Below, piece by piece: positions 1-10,638 of a DNA stretch of 64,000 bases. The notes below the pieces were generated by a model that was not told the origin of the DNA, did no database searches, and saw only the letters and a list, made by a program, of their open reading frames with translations. The position numbers and the translations under genes are program-made. Positions within the stretch are counted from its first letter, which is position 1. Each line of letters opens with the position of its first letter. Origin of the DNA: Gemmatimonadota bacterium (lineage in GTDB: Bacteria > Gemmatimonadota > Gemmatimonadetes > Gemmatimonadales > GWC2-71-9); the NCBI GenBank assembly GCA_036679605.1, contig JAZDCZ010000398.1, positions 32,001-96,000 of the forward strand, read 5' to 3'.

Positions 1-282
1 CTAAGTTGGCGTCTCGCGATCGCCGAGTCTGCGCTGGCGGGAGGGTTGCTGCCAGGAGATGGCCTTGTGCCGTTTCTGATCGACTGGGGAGACTCACCCC
101 ATCCGGCCGGTCAGATGCCACAGGAGTGTAGCTTGGTGTCACTCCGTGCGGAGCATCCTGAGCCGAGGTTCTTGGAGCCCCTGCTTGAGGCGTTGAACGT
201 AAGACTGGATGTCACGCTTGGCCCGTCGGAGCAACTGATTGCGGTGATCGATTCACCGCAGGGCCGGGTGGAACTTCGCTAA
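1..282 (+). CDS. VOC/glyoxalase-like (Glyoxalase_3) protein, 5'-truncated by the window edge
   Basis: Frame is open from base 1: LSWRL...GDGLVPFLIDWGDSPHPA...SPQGRVELR, the typical C-terminus of this family. Confidence 0.75.
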   Translation, partial: LSWRLAIAESALAGGLLPGDGLVPFLIDWGDSPHPAGQMPQECSLVSLRAEHPEPRFLEPLLEALNVRLDVTLGPSEQLIAVIDSPQGRVELR

Positions 283-351
283 GATGACGGGTTACTCCCT
301 TCGCTCACTTGACTCGGGTGAGCCCATGATCAACTTCCCACTATGATCATG

Positions 352-450
352 CACGGAAAAGACGAGCGGGTCGGCGTCAAATCGTTCTACGACGGGCAGG
401 AATTTCTATATCGCCTCGTCCAATCTCTGGTGTCGGGGCCAACATCTTGA
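352..450 (+). pseudogene. Relic C-terminus of an M20/M25/M40 metallo-hydrolase
   Basis: Not in the ORF track; translates HGKDERVGVKSFYDGQEFLYRLVQSLVS, matching the M20 C-terminal H-G-x-D-E-R motif. Confidence 0.65.
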
Positions 451-491
451 CTGAAGGAACTCCGTTCCTCAAGACCAGCAATGGAGACATA

Positions 492-1112
492 ATGAGAATT
501 GCAACCGTGGCAGTAACACTGACGATGCTTGCGTCTGGCCTCGTCGCTCAGGAACAGAAACGACCGGTAGACTGGAAAGTCCGCTTCGACAGGGCGAACG
601 CGAAGGACGCAGACTTGTCCTTCGTCGATATGGCTCCCGGCTGGCATATTACGACCGGACCGGCGGGAATTCTGTACAACCCGGCGAACGCATCCGAAGG
701 TGAGTTCCGCATCAAGTCTAAGATCTTTCTGTTCGATCCTGGCAGACGGCACCGCGAGGCCTACGGAATTTTCTTCGGCGGTCAGAACCTCGATGGTGAC
801 GGACAGGCCTATTCCTATTTCCTCATTCGAGATACCGGCGAGTTCTTGATAAAGGTGCGTAAGGGAGGTACCACCGAGACCGTCGTAGCGTGGACGGCGA
901 CTGACGCGCTTGCAAGGCACCCGGGAGGTGATGCACGAGTCGAAAACTCGATCGCGGTTGAGTGCGGTTCCGAAACGGTGGACTTTTTTATTAACGGTGA
1001 AAAGGTGACGAGTGTACCCCGCAGGAATCTGGATGTAGATGGAATCGTGGGTCTACGAGTGAACCACGCTCTCAACCTACACGTTGCCGAACTGACAATC
1101 GAGAAGATGTAG
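492..1112 (+). CDS. Secreted beta-sandwich (DUF1080/concanavalin-like) hypothetical protein
   Basis: GGAG RBS before ATG 492; signal peptide ending LVA-QE; beta-rich, FFINGEKV motif. Confidence 0.6.
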   Translation: MRIATVAVTLTMLASGLVAQEQKRPVDWKVRFDRANAKDADLSFVDMAPGWHITTGPAGILYNPANASEGEFRIKSKIFLFDPGRRHREAYGIFFGGQNLDGDGQAYSYFLIRDTGEFLIKVRKGGTTETVVAWTATDALARHPGGDARVENSIAVECGSETVDFFINGEKVTSVPRRNLDVDGIVGLRVNHALNLHVAELTIEKM

Positions 1113-1121
1113 CTACCTTCA

Positions 1122-3884
1122 ATGCCTCAAACCCTGATATCGAAGGTTCGGATCCTCGGCCTAGTCGTAGTGCTAGGGGCCGCGCCGGCTGTCGGTTTGG
1201 CACAGCAAGCTGGCATTCCAACTCCGGAGTCGGTGCTTGGCTTCGAAGTCGGTGCCGATTTCAAGCTCGCCACCTATGATGAGTCGCTAGAGTATTTCCG
1301 CCGGCTCGACGAGGCCAGCGATCGTATCCAGCTCGTCGAGGTTGGCCGCACGTCCAAGGGGCGTGAATGGTACTTCGCGCTCATCTCTACCCCCGAAAAC
1401 CTTGCCGCGGTCGAGCGATATAGGGAAATAGCCTTGCGCTTGGCGCACCCCAAAGGTTTGACCGAAGAAGAAGCGCACGCGCTCGCGAGAGAAGGAAAGG
1501 CGTTGGTGCATATTGACGGTGGGCTGCACGCCTCAGAGGTAGCCGGTGCACAACACACCATACAGCTAGCATACGATCTAGTTTCAGGTGCTAGCGACCC
1601 CAAGATCGCAGAGATCCTGGACAATGTAGTTGTTATGGTGTGGCCGTCACTGAATCCAGACGGACAAAACATAGTTGTCGACTGGTATCGATCTAACTTG
1701 GGGACTCCCTTCGAAGTATCGGGCCTGCCGGTGCTCTATCAGGAATACATCGGACACGACAACAACCGCGACAGCTACATGCTCAACATGGTTGAATCGC
1801 GTGTCATTGCGAGAAGCTGGCGCCATTGGGAACCGCAGATCATCTACGTGCACCACCAGACTTCACCGTTCCCTACTCGAATCTGGCTTCCACCGTTCGC
1901 CGAGCCGATCGCGTCGCAGGTGCCGCCATTGATGTCGCGAACGGTCAACATGATCGGAATGGCGATCGCACAGGGGCTCGAGTCCAATGGACAAGTCGGT
2001 GCAACGCACATGGGAACGGGTTTCGACGCGTGGTATCCGGGGTATGTGGACTACATGCCCATGTTGCAGAACGTGGCTGCATTCTGGACAGAGACGGCAT
2101 TGTACAGGTACGCGACGCCGCATTTCTACACGCTCAATGACTTCCCCCGAGCCAACAGAGACCTTCGACCTGAAACCCTGTATCCCAGTCCTTGGCAGGG
2201 TGGATGGTGGCGCCTCAAGGACGCCGTCGATTACATGCGCACGGCGTCGATATCGGTTCTCGAGTACGCTGCCAAGTATCGTGAGACTCTGTTGTACAAT
2301 CGCTATCAGTCGGGTAGCGGAGTGATCCGCAAGTATCAGAATGAACCGCCGTATGCCTACCTCGTCCCCCAACAGCAACGCGACCCGGTAGCCGCAGTCG
2401 AACTACTGCGACGGCTCGCATTTAGTGGCGTGAGGGTGAGCCAACTGACACGCGCCGCAAGGTTCGGGGGCAAGGAGTATCCGTCGGGCACGTGGGTCGT
2501 CCCAATGGATCAGGAATTTGCGGAGCTAGCCCGCCAAGTGCTCGATGTGCAGACGTATCCCGATCTGCGTGAGTTTCCCAAAGGGCCACCGGAACAACCG
2601 TACGACGCAGCGGGCTGGACGCTGCCGTATCAGATGGACGTACGTGTGATTCCTGCGGCAGAACCCCTGACGGATGAGATTCGAGCAGCGTTGCGTCCGG
2701 TCAAGGGAAGTGCCACCGACTGGCGTGCCACAGGCGGTGAATCGTCTGGTGGCAGTCCGTTCGATAGCCCGCCAGGCGTCGGCTTTGATACCGACTCGGT
2801 GGCTGTGGCGATCGTGCCACCCCAGGGCAACGCGGCCGGCTCCGGATCGGCCTTAAGGGTAGATCCGGCGCAGAATAACGCCTTTCGGGCAATCAACAAC
2901 GCCTTGGCAGCCGGTGGCACGGTACGATTCGAGGCGGGTGAGAACGGAAGCGACGGGAGGCTCGCGGCAAGCGGCAGCTACGTGATCGATGGCGTGTCTC
3001 GAGCGTTGCAGACACAGTGGGTGAGCGAACTGGCTCTTCGTGCGACTCGTACGAGTGGTGGAGCTGGGATACCTGTCAGGCGTCGCATCGGTCTGTACCG
3101 GCCGTGGCGCCCGAGCATGGATGAGGGATGGGTGCGCTGGCTGTTCGAGCAGTACGGCTTCGATTTCACCAACGTTCGCAATTCGGATGTGCGGGCCGGT
3201 TCGCTGAGAGATCGATTCGACGTGATCATACTGCCATCGGAGCGGCCGCAAACGATTCTCGGTGGTTATACAAAGGGATCAGTGCCTGCCCGGTACGCAG
3301 GTGGGGTGGGTGCAGTCGGCGTTCGCGCTCTAGACCAATTCGTACGCGCAGGCGGCACGTTGGTCTGCCTGAATTCATCGAGCATGTTCGCGATCGAAGA
3401 ACTCCACCTGCCTGTGAAGAACGTCGTCGACAGCCTTGGGCGCGACGAGTTCTTTGTAAGCGGATCCATACTCGAAGTCACGACCGACCCAGCACATCCG
3501 GTGATGGCTGGAATGCCTACTAGGGCCAAAGTCTTCGTGGATCGAAGCCCAATCTTCACGACGCTGGAAGGCTTCAAGGGGTCAGCGTTGGCGAAGTACC
3601 AGAAGGAAGGCTCTCCCTTGTTGTCTGGGTACCTGTTGGGCGAAAAGCATCTACAGGGATATGCTGTCGCGCTCGACGTGCGACATGGCGAAGGTCACGT
3701 GATACTTGTCGGATTTCGACCGCAGTGGCGGGGGCAACCGTTCGGCACATTCCGCGTACTATTCAACGCCGCGCTCTTTGGCAATCGCCTTTCGGCTAGT
3801 GATCACGGCACTCCCGAATTTTGGGAGGCGCCAGAAGAGAAACAGGAGGAGAAGCAGGACAAGAGTCGTGACACCGGAAGGTGA
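1122..3884 (+). CDS. Secreted M14 zinc carboxypeptidase family protein
   Basis: Signal peptide; HASE (HxxE), NPDG, GHDNNRD; C-terminal GATase-like domain. Confidence 0.88.
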   Translation: MPQTLISKVRILGLVVVLGAAPAVGLAQQAGIPTPESVLGFEVGADFKLATYDESLEYFRRLDEASDRIQLVEVGRTSKGREWYFALISTPENLAAVERYREIALRLAHPKGLTEEEAHALAREGKALVHIDGGLHASEVAGAQHTIQLAYDLVSGASDPKIAEILDNVVVMVWPSLNPDGQNIVVDWYRSNLGTPFEVSGLPVLYQEYIGHDNNRDSYMLNMVESRVIARSWRHWEPQIIYVHHQTSPFPTRIWLPPFAEPIASQVPPLMSRTVNMIGMAIAQGLESNGQVGATHMGTGFDAWYPGYVDYMPMLQNVAAFWTETALYRYATPHFYTLNDFPRANRDLRPETLYPSPWQGGWWRLKDAVDYMRTASISVLEYAAKYRETLLYNRYQSGSGVIRKYQNEPPYAYLVPQQQRDPVAAVELLRRLAFSGVRVSQLTRAARFGGKEYPSGTWVVPMDQEFAELARQVLDVQTYPDLREFPKGPPEQPYDAAGWTLPYQMDVRVIPAAEPLTDEIRAALRPVKGSATDWRATGGESSGGSPFDSPPGVGFDTDSVAVAIVPPQGNAAGSGSALRVDPAQNNAFRAINNALAAGGTVRFEAGENGSDGRLAASGSYVIDGVSRALQTQWVSELALRATRTSGGAGIPVRRRIGLYRPWRPSMDEGWVRWLFEQYGFDFTNVRNSDVRAGSLRDRFDVIILPSERPQTILGGYTKGSVPARYAGGVGAVGVRALDQFVRAGGTLVCLNSSSMFAIEELHLPVKNVVDSLGRDEFFVSGSILEVTTDPAHPVMAGMPTRAKVFVDRSPIFTTLEGFKGSALAKYQKEGSPLLSGYLLGEKHLQGYAVALDVRHGEGHVILVGFRPQWRGQPFGTFRVLFNAALFGNRLSASDHGTPEFWEAPEEKQEEKQDKSRDTGR

Positions 3885-4005
3885 AGGACGATGACGGCCG
3901 GTGGTCGGAAGGGCTGGGGTCGGAGCGGATTTCGGTGTGCGTCTCTGGCTCTGTCAGCATCTGGGGCTTATTGTTACAAGCTAACGTAACTGGAGACTAC
4001 GTCGA

Positions 4006-6621
4006 TTGTCCGAAGACATTGAGCGCCTAAGATCGGCGCTGGCTGGCCGCTACTCCATCGAGAACGAGATAGGCCGTGGTGGGATGGCGACCGTCTATTG
4101 CGCAGAGGATCCAAAACACCATCGGAAAGTGGCGGTCAAGATTCTGCGGCCCGAAATCGCCTCTACCCTGGGAATCGAGCGATTTCTCCAGGAAATAGAG
4201 GTGCTCGCCTCACTCCAACACCCTCACATACTGCCGCTCTACGACTCCGGCCAGGCCGAAGGGTTTGTTTACTTCGTCATGCCCTTCGTGGAAGGCGAAT
4301 CCCTCCGTGCCAGGCTCAGCCGAGAACGACAGTTGTCCCTGGCAGACGCAATTCAGATTACTCGAGAGATAGCCGTAGCCCTCGATTATGCGCATAGCCG
4401 AAATGTAATTCACAGAGACATAAAGCCTGAGAACATCATGTTTTCAGGCGGCCTCGCGGTCCTCGCCGATTTTGGAATCGCACGAGCGGTGAGCGCTGCG
4501 GACCAAGGAAGGCTTACCCAAACTGGCATGGCGGTGGGAACTCCGGCATACATGAGTCCGGAGCAGGGCAGTGGGGATGTCGAGGTCGACGGCCGTAGCG
4601 ATATCTACTCACTCGGCTGTGTCCTGTACGAGTGCTTGGTTGGGGATCCGCCACATACTGGGTCGTCAGCCCAGGTAATACTCGCGCGGAAATCCGTGGA
4701 GCCAGTTCGCAGTCTCAGAGTTGTGCGTGAGACGGTTCCAGAGTCCCTAGAGGACGTCGTGATGATGGCACTCGCCAAGGCCCCGGCAGATCGGTTCGCG
4801 ACCGCATCCGACTTTGCGGCGGCACTGCCACTAATCCAAACCGGATCCGGCCCAGCAATTCCTCACCATGGTAGGGCGATCAACAGAAGGCCGTCCGGTC
4901 GAACTGTCGGGTACCTGGCTGCGGCAACAATCGCGTTGGCTGCGGTGGCCTTCGGGATGCTGCGAGCCCCGGGGTTTGGTGGGTCCGACACCACGAGGCT
5001 GACGGTACTGCCGTTTGAGAATCGAGGGGCTGTCGAAGATGAGTACTTCGCAGATGGTATCACAGATGAGGTTGCTACCCGTCTTGCCGGCGTGCCCGGA
5101 CTGTCGGTCATCGCGCGTCAGAGCGCCATTCAATACAAGGACAGTAAGAAAACTGCGCGGGAAATCGGGGATGAGCTGAAAGTGGATTACCTCCTGGAGG
5201 CCACTGTCAGCTGGCAACATTCGGCGGACGGTTCGAGCAGGGTGAGAGTGAGGCCTCAGCTCGTCAAGACCTCCGATGGAAGCACGATTTGGGGACAAGT
5301 GTACGACGAAGACCTGACAGAGGTTTTTGCGGTGCAGACGAGTATCGCGAAGCAGGTTGTCGACACTCTTGGTATCACGCTGCGGGACACACACCGCAAA
5401 GACATCGAGTTGAAGCCCACAGACGATCTTGCCGCCTACGCTTTCTATCTGCAGGGCAAGGATTTCTTCAACCGGCCGATCAGTGAGGAGAATCTTCGGT
5501 TTGCTGAGAGTATGTACTCGCGGGCGTTGGATCTCGATCCAAAATTCGCGTTAGCAGCAGCGGGGCTTTCTACGATCCATTCAAGGATCTATTGGTACTT
5601 TTTCGACCGCACGCCGCAACGGCTCTTGAAGGCGAAAGCCGCGGCCGACAGCGCGTTGGCCTTGGCTGCGGATTTACCAGAGGCCCACATGGCAATGGGT
5701 GAGTTCCACTACCGAGGCAGTCTCGATTACGATCGAGCCCTGCGGGAGTTCGCGGTGGCAGGCGAACGGCGACCGAACGACAGCGAAGTGCTAATGAACA
5801 TTGGGTTGATCGAGCGTCGTCAAGCAAAGTGGAGTGATGCGAAGGACCATATCAACTTGGCATCTGAGTTGGAGCCTCGAAGTACGACCAACGCAGTACA
5901 ATCAGCGTTTACGTACTTCTTCATGCGCGAATATGGAGAAGCAAAGCGTCACATAGAGAGAGCGATATCGTTTGCACCCGACGAACCTCGGCCTCACGTG
6001 ATGGAGGCACTTATTCAAGTTCATTGGAAGGGAGACACGGCACAGGCAAGGCTTGCTCTCGAGCAAGCTGAGAGAGTGAACACTCGGGCCCTGGATCCCC
6101 AGACATGGCTGCATTGGGGGCTCTACCGAATACTCGAGGCCGCCTCGGAAGTGTCTCTCTCCCGTCTCGAGGCATTCAACACTGAGCGTGCGTTTTACTA
6201 TTTGGCTGCTGCCGATGTATTCCGGATCGCTGATCACCCCGACCTGATGACTAGCTACTACGATTCAGCACGAGTGATTCTCGAGACTGAACTAGGAACC
6301 CAACCTAATGAGGCTCGTTTCCACAGCGAGCTAGGTATCGCTTATGCCGGTCTCGGCCAGCGTGAGAAGGCTATTCGCGAAGGAGAGTTGGCGGTCAAGC
6401 TGCTGCCCATATCCAACGAAGCGATCTTGGGTCCGGATATGGTGAGAAACTTGGCCCAGATATACCTAATGCTCGGCATGTATGATGAATCTGTCGACCG
6501 ACTAGAAGAGTTGCTTGAAGTGCCGTCATCCATGTCCGCCAACTGGCTCCGGTTCGACCCACTATGGCGTGATCTCCGCGATCATCCAAAGTTTCAGCGA
6601 TTGGTCGCGAGCGCGAACTAG
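4006..6621 (+). CDS. Ser/Thr protein kinase with TM segment, TolB-N-like domain and TPR repeats
   Basis: GRGGMATV, VAVK, HRDIKPEN, DFG, GTPAYMSPE; VLPFEN...YFADG motif; TPRs; TTG start after GGAG. Confidence 0.93.
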   Translation: MSEDIERLRSALAGRYSIENEIGRGGMATVYCAEDPKHHRKVAVKILRPEIASTLGIERFLQEIEVLASLQHPHILPLYDSGQAEGFVYFVMPFVEGESLRARLSRERQLSLADAIQITREIAVALDYAHSRNVIHRDIKPENIMFSGGLAVLADFGIARAVSAADQGRLTQTGMAVGTPAYMSPEQGSGDVEVDGRSDIYSLGCVLYECLVGDPPHTGSSAQVILARKSVEPVRSLRVVRETVPESLEDVVMMALAKAPADRFATASDFAAALPLIQTGSGPAIPHHGRAINRRPSGRTVGYLAAATIALAAVAFGMLRAPGFGGSDTTRLTVLPFENRGAVEDEYFADGITDEVATRLAGVPGLSVIARQSAIQYKDSKKTAREIGDELKVDYLLEATVSWQHSADGSSRVRVRPQLVKTSDGSTIWGQVYDEDLTEVFAVQTSIAKQVVDTLGITLRDTHRKDIELKPTDDLAAYAFYLQGKDFFNRPISEENLRFAESMYSRALDLDPKFALAAAGLSTIHSRIYWYFFDRTPQRLLKAKAAADSALALAADLPEAHMAMGEFHYRGSLDYDRALREFAVAGERRPNDSEVLMNIGLIERRQAKWSDAKDHINLASELEPRSTTNAVQSAFTYFFMREYGEAKRHIERAISFAPDEPRPHVMEALIQVHWKGDTAQARLALEQAERVNTRALDPQTWLHWGLYRILEAASEVSLSRLEAFNTERAFYYLAAADVFRIADHPDLMTSYYDSARVILETELGTQPNEARFHSELGIAYAGLGQREKAIREGELAVKLLPISNEAILGPDMVRNLAQIYLMLGMYDESVDRLEELLEVPSSMSANWLRFDPLWRDLRDHPKFQRLVASAN

Positions 6622-6629
6622 CGGGCAAC

Positions 6630-7409
6630 ATGGTATGCGCAGGCATGGACCCGCCACTTGAGAGTTCCCACAATCGCGGCGCAGACCAGATCAAGAAGAT
6701 AACCACCACTAGGGCCGGCATAATCAAGCAAACCGGCGAACCGTTTGAGTGCCATTTCAGCTTCCTGAGCGCCGTGGACATCGATCGGATATGTCAGCTG
6801 CAGTCGGATGTCCTAGCGGTGGCGCCGAGTCCGCTTCCACTCTACGTGCGTGACCACGACTTTTTTGCAAAGTGTATCGAAGACAGAGGCTGTATAGTCG
6901 GGGCAAAGCATGAAGAGAATCTCATCGGATACGCGGTGCTTTGCATTCCCGAATGCGATGAAGAGAACTATGGTGTGGAACTTGGGTTCGCACAATCCGA
7001 GCTGGAGCACGTTGGACACCTAGCTGGTTCCGGCGTTCACCCTGACTACCGTGGGAACGGCCTACAATCTTGCCTGGTCGATCTGCGAGGGTCCTACGCA
7101 TTGAGCGCGGGCTACCATCATCTATGCGGCGAAGTACTTCCTGGAAATGCTGTCAGCATTCAGAACCATCTTTCCAACGGATACTTTCTCAAGGGATTCA
7201 AGATCGATCGCTTTGATCTGTCGGTGTACATCCTGCACAGTGATGTGCGAGTCGAACCGGAACTCGCTGCTGATAGCAAGACTACGGAGGCTCCGATCCA
7301 CGACGTGGCCACATACAGAAGAATGATGGACGCAGGGCTCTGGGGTTTCGGGGTGACCGACCGAGACGGTATACCCCATATCACTTACGGCAAGTTCGTG
7401 CAAAAGTGA
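6630..7409 (+). CDS. GNAT family N-acetyltransferase
   Basis: VHPDYRGNGLQ acetyl-CoA motif A; stop overlaps the next gene (GTGA). Confidence 0.75.
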   Translation: MVCAGMDPPLESSHNRGADQIKKITTTRAGIIKQTGEPFECHFSFLSAVDIDRICQLQSDVLAVAPSPLPLYVRDHDFFAKCIEDRGCIVGAKHEENLIGYAVLCIPECDEENYGVELGFAQSELEHVGHLAGSGVHPDYRGNGLQSCLVDLRGSYALSAGYHHLCGEVLPGNAVSIQNHLSNGYFLKGFKIDRFDLSVYILHSDVRVEPELAADSKTTEAPIHDVATYRRMMDAGLWGFGVTDRDGIPHITYGKFVQK

Positions 7410-10400
7410 ACTGGGCTCTCAAGCTTCTCAATATCAGGTCTGAAGAGAAGAACGTATCAGGCGCACTGTTCGTCTTCTCGTTCGTGATCGGCCTAGCTCG
7501 TGTCTTCGCCCTCAATGCATCGCAGGCGATCTTCTTGACCCACTTCGATGCCGGTGACCTAGCGTACGTATACGTTATCGCGTCTTTGGCAACGATGCTT
7601 GTGAGCGGCGTGTACTTGCGCTTGAGCAGAATTCTCTCTCCGCGTTCATTAACCTTTGTCAACCTTGCGTTCGTTCTCGGTTTCACGTTGCTGATCAGGC
7701 TAGCTCTAGGTATGAGCGGCGCCGGTTGGCCTGCCATGGTTCTTGCGGCTTGGTACTACGCCCTCTTCCCCCTCACGAATCTCGCTTTCTGGAGCACCGC
7801 TACCAAGTTGGTGGATATTCGGCAGGGGAAGCGTCTGTTCCCGGTCGTTGCCACGGGCGACGTGCTGGCGTTTTCGGTCGGTGGATTTGCGATTCTAGGG
7901 ATGGCGAAGGTAGTGAGTAATTCGAACCTACTAGTAATCTCGGCAGCGGCCACCGTATTGGCTCTGTTCATGTTTTCTTTTCTTCTCCGAACGCACGGCT
8001 CGAAGTTCGTTCAAACGGACTCGGCTCCGCATCAGAGTCAGAGAAGGAAAGCTGTGACTTGGTCGAGTTCCTACCTGCGTCTGATGATCGGATACTTCGT
8101 TTTGAGCACCTTCGTGTTCGTGTTCGTTGACAACGCATTCAACAATGTCGTTCAAGAACAATACGACCAGGTTGCGAGAACGCGGTTCTTTGGCACGTAT
8201 TCGGCCGTTACTGCGATCGTCAATTTTTCCTTCCGTTCACTTGGTGCCGGCAGGCTGATCGGGCGATTCGGAGTGATCGCCGGGTTGCTGGGAGTTCCTG
8301 TCATGGTTCTCATCGGCTCTTCCGCAATGGCGGTCAGTGGGTCAGTGTGGGGTGCCCTGGCCTTAGTGTTTTGGCTCATGACGTTCACTCGGATGTCAGA
8401 CAAGGTGTTCCGTGGTGTTCAGACGTCTTCCATGGCGACGCTGTACCAGCCTTTGATGGACAAAGGCCCATCGGTTCAAGCCACGATGGAGGGGATAGTG
8501 GACGCAGCCGCCATGGGATCGGCGGGGCTCTTCCTGTTGCTACTTCACAAGTTCTTCGATGTTGGCGCAGTTCAACTCGGGTTTTTTCTCATTGTGTTCT
8601 GTGTGATCTGGTTTGGTGTAGCAGTCAGGCTCAAACGGGAATACGTAGGCATGCTTGCAAACGCCCTGTACCGACGGCGCATCGGAGCCTCGTCGCTGAC
8701 CATAACCGATGATGACGTTCTGGGGCTAGTGACGGAGCAACTCGAGAATCCCTATCCGGAAAACGCGATCTATGCGCTGGACCTTCTCGAGCGGTCCGGG
8801 CATGCGTCATTGCCATCCGCACTGGTCAGACTGCTCGATCACGCTTCCGATAGAGTCCAGGTCGAGGCCATGCGACGAATCGAGAAACACCGGGTACGGT
8901 CTGCTCTGGCCGCCATCCAGAAGAAAATCGACGATGACTCATGCTCTGACGATCTCAGGGGTGAGGCCATGAGAGTATTTTGCGCGCTGAGTGAGGATGG
9001 TGTCTCGGAAGGGATAGCGGCGCTGGACCACGAGGTCCGTAGAATCAGAAGAGGGGCCCTGGTTGGCTTGCTACGCTCTGGGTCCATAGAAGGGGTCGTA
9101 TATGCCGGGGCCGAGTTACTTCACGATGTCCGGTCGACCGATACCCGCAAGAGAATTTTTGCGGCCGAGGTGCTGGCAGAAGCGGAGATATCGAGCTTCT
9201 ATCGCCAGGCCCTCCAGTTGCTGGACGACCCCGATGCTGAGGTACAGCGTTCGGCGCTGGTGGCGGCGGCGAGAATGGATAGCCCGGAGTTGTGGCCAAA
9301 AATAGTGGCTTCGCTGCAAGATCCGAAACTGAGATCGGCGGCGACCGAGGTGTTGCTTCGAGGAGGGAAGGCTGCCGTCAAGGATCTTGTGTTTGGATTC
9401 TCCGATTGTACAACAGATCGGCAGTTCAGATTGGGAGTCCTCAGGATCATGGGTCTGATACGCGGTTCGGAAGCTGCGGAGGAACTGTGGAAACTGGTGG
9501 AACTAGATGATCCCGAGGAACGCCACGCCGTCTTGGTCGCCCTCTCAAACTGCTCATTCGAGCCGACGTCTGAACTCACTCCCCAGCTCAGGGATCTGCT
9601 CCGGCGAGAGGTTCGGGACGCAACGCTGCGATTCGTGATCCTCGCAGCCTTGGCTGGCGAGTCACCTGCCGATCTCCTCAAGAGTAGTCTGGAATACGAG
9701 ATATCCCTCATCCGGCACAGAATCTTTCTTTTGTTGTCTTACTTGTATCCGTCCAGCGATGCTGTAGCAGCGTGGGACAACTATTCTGCTGTCGACCGGA
9801 CAAGAAGGGCATATGCACTCGAACTGGTAGAGAACTTCGTATCGAGTGACCTCAAGGTCACATTGTTCCCGGTTCTGGACGAAGCCGATATCTCGGAGCG
9901 AGTTGCTCGTCTAACCGAGAGTTTCCCAGTCGAGCACAACGGGGTTCGCGAGTGGATTTCGTACATACTGGCAGATGGAGAGACTGGCTTCAGTAGCTGG
10001 ACGCAGGAGTGCGCGCGTCATGCCCTAAGGCGACTGGAGCCCCATGCCGAAGCCCAGGTCGAAGACTCTTCCGTTGTTGCTCGCACAATGCGTCTCCGAT
10101 CAGTCGATTTGTTCAAGGAGATGCCTGAGCCGGTGCTTGCCCGACTTGCGCCGAGACTTGTGCCTATCCGGCTCGGCGAAAGTGAGGGTGTCTTCCGCAA
10201 GGGGGAGGTGGGAGACAGTCTGTATATAGTAGATGAGGGGAGCGTCAGGATCGAGGACGATGGCGTAACGGTCGCGCTCCTTGGCGAGAACGCGGTATTT
10301 GGTGAATTCACAGTCTTGCAGTCAGCACCACGCACGGCTTCCGCTACGGCGGCAGTGGAAACCCGGCTACTCCGATTCGATCAGGCCGATCTGTTCCAAC

Positions 10401-10534
10401 TGATAGCGGAACAGGTTACTGTGGCGAGGAGTATGATCCAGTTGATCCTCAGGAGGCTCGACGAGAATCGAGAAGGTCGGGAGAGTACCGGCAGATTGTC
10501 CAGAATCAGCATTTCGCTAACTCCGCTGGGTTAG
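7406..10534 (+). CDS. NTT/TLC-like (Npt1/Npt2) MFS transporter fused to HEAT repeats and a C-terminal cNMP-binding domain
   Basis: About 12 TM segments with FW...DIRQGKRLFP motif; HEAT repeats; GxxGDSLY...FGE...PRTAS cNMP signature. Confidence 0.85.
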   Translation: MNWALKLLNIRSEEKNVSGALFVFSFVIGLARVFALNASQAIFLTHFDAGDLAYVYVIASLATMLVSGVYLRLSRILSPRSLTFVNLAFVLGFTLLIRLALGMSGAGWPAMVLAAWYYALFPLTNLAFWSTATKLVDIRQGKRLFPVVATGDVLAFSVGGFAILGMAKVVSNSNLLVISAAATVLALFMFSFLLRTHGSKFVQTDSAPHQSQRRKAVTWSSSYLRLMIGYFVLSTFVFVFVDNAFNNVVQEQYDQVARTRFFGTYSAVTAIVNFSFRSLGAGRLIGRFGVIAGLLGVPVMVLIGSSAMAVSGSVWGALALVFWLMTFTRMSDKVFRGVQTSSMATLYQPLMDKGPSVQATMEGIVDAAAMGSAGLFLLLLHKFFDVGAVQLGFFLIVFCVIWFGVAVRLKREYVGMLANALYRRRIGASSLTITDDDVLGLVTEQLENPYPENAIYALDLLERSGHASLPSALVRLLDHASDRVQVEAMRRIEKHRVRSALAAIQKKIDDDSCSDDLRGEAMRVFCALSEDGVSEGIAALDHEVRRIRRGALVGLLRSGSIEGVVYAGAELLHDVRSTDTRKRIFAAEVLAEAEISSFYRQALQLLDDPDAEVQRSALVAAARMDSPELWPKIVASLQDPKLRSAATEVLLRGGKAAVKDLVFGFSDCTTDRQFRLGVLRIMGLIRGSEAAEELWKLVELDDPEERHAVLVALSNCSFEPTSELTPQLRDLLRREVRDATLRFVILAALAGESPADLLKSSLEYEISLIRHRIFLLLSYLYPSSDAVAAWDNYSAVDRTRRAYALELVENFVSSDLKVTLFPVLDEADISERVARLTESFPVEHNGVREWISYILADGETGFSSWTQECARHALRRLEPHAEAQVEDSSVVARTMRLRSVDLFKEMPEPVLARLAPRLVPIRLGESEGVFRKGEVGDSLYIVDEGSVRIEDDGVTVALLGENAVFGEFTVLQSAPRTASATAAVETRLLRFDQADLFQLIAEQVTVARSMIQLILRRLDENREGRESTGRLSRISISLTPLG

Positions 10535-10566
10535 GCCAAGCATGCTGCCTTGGATGAGGGCACGCC

Positions 10567-10582
10567 GGGCGTGGCTATTGCC
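10567..10582 (+). promoter_or_regulatory. Possible sigma54 -24/-12 promoter
   Basis: GGGCGTGGCTATTGCC, GG-N10-GC with TTGC, upstream of ATG 10639. Confidence 0.3.
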
Positions 10583-10638
10583 CTACCCGGCGGTTTTGGA
10601 CATTTTTGAGGTGGCCCAAAAGTCGTTCGGAGGTTGAC

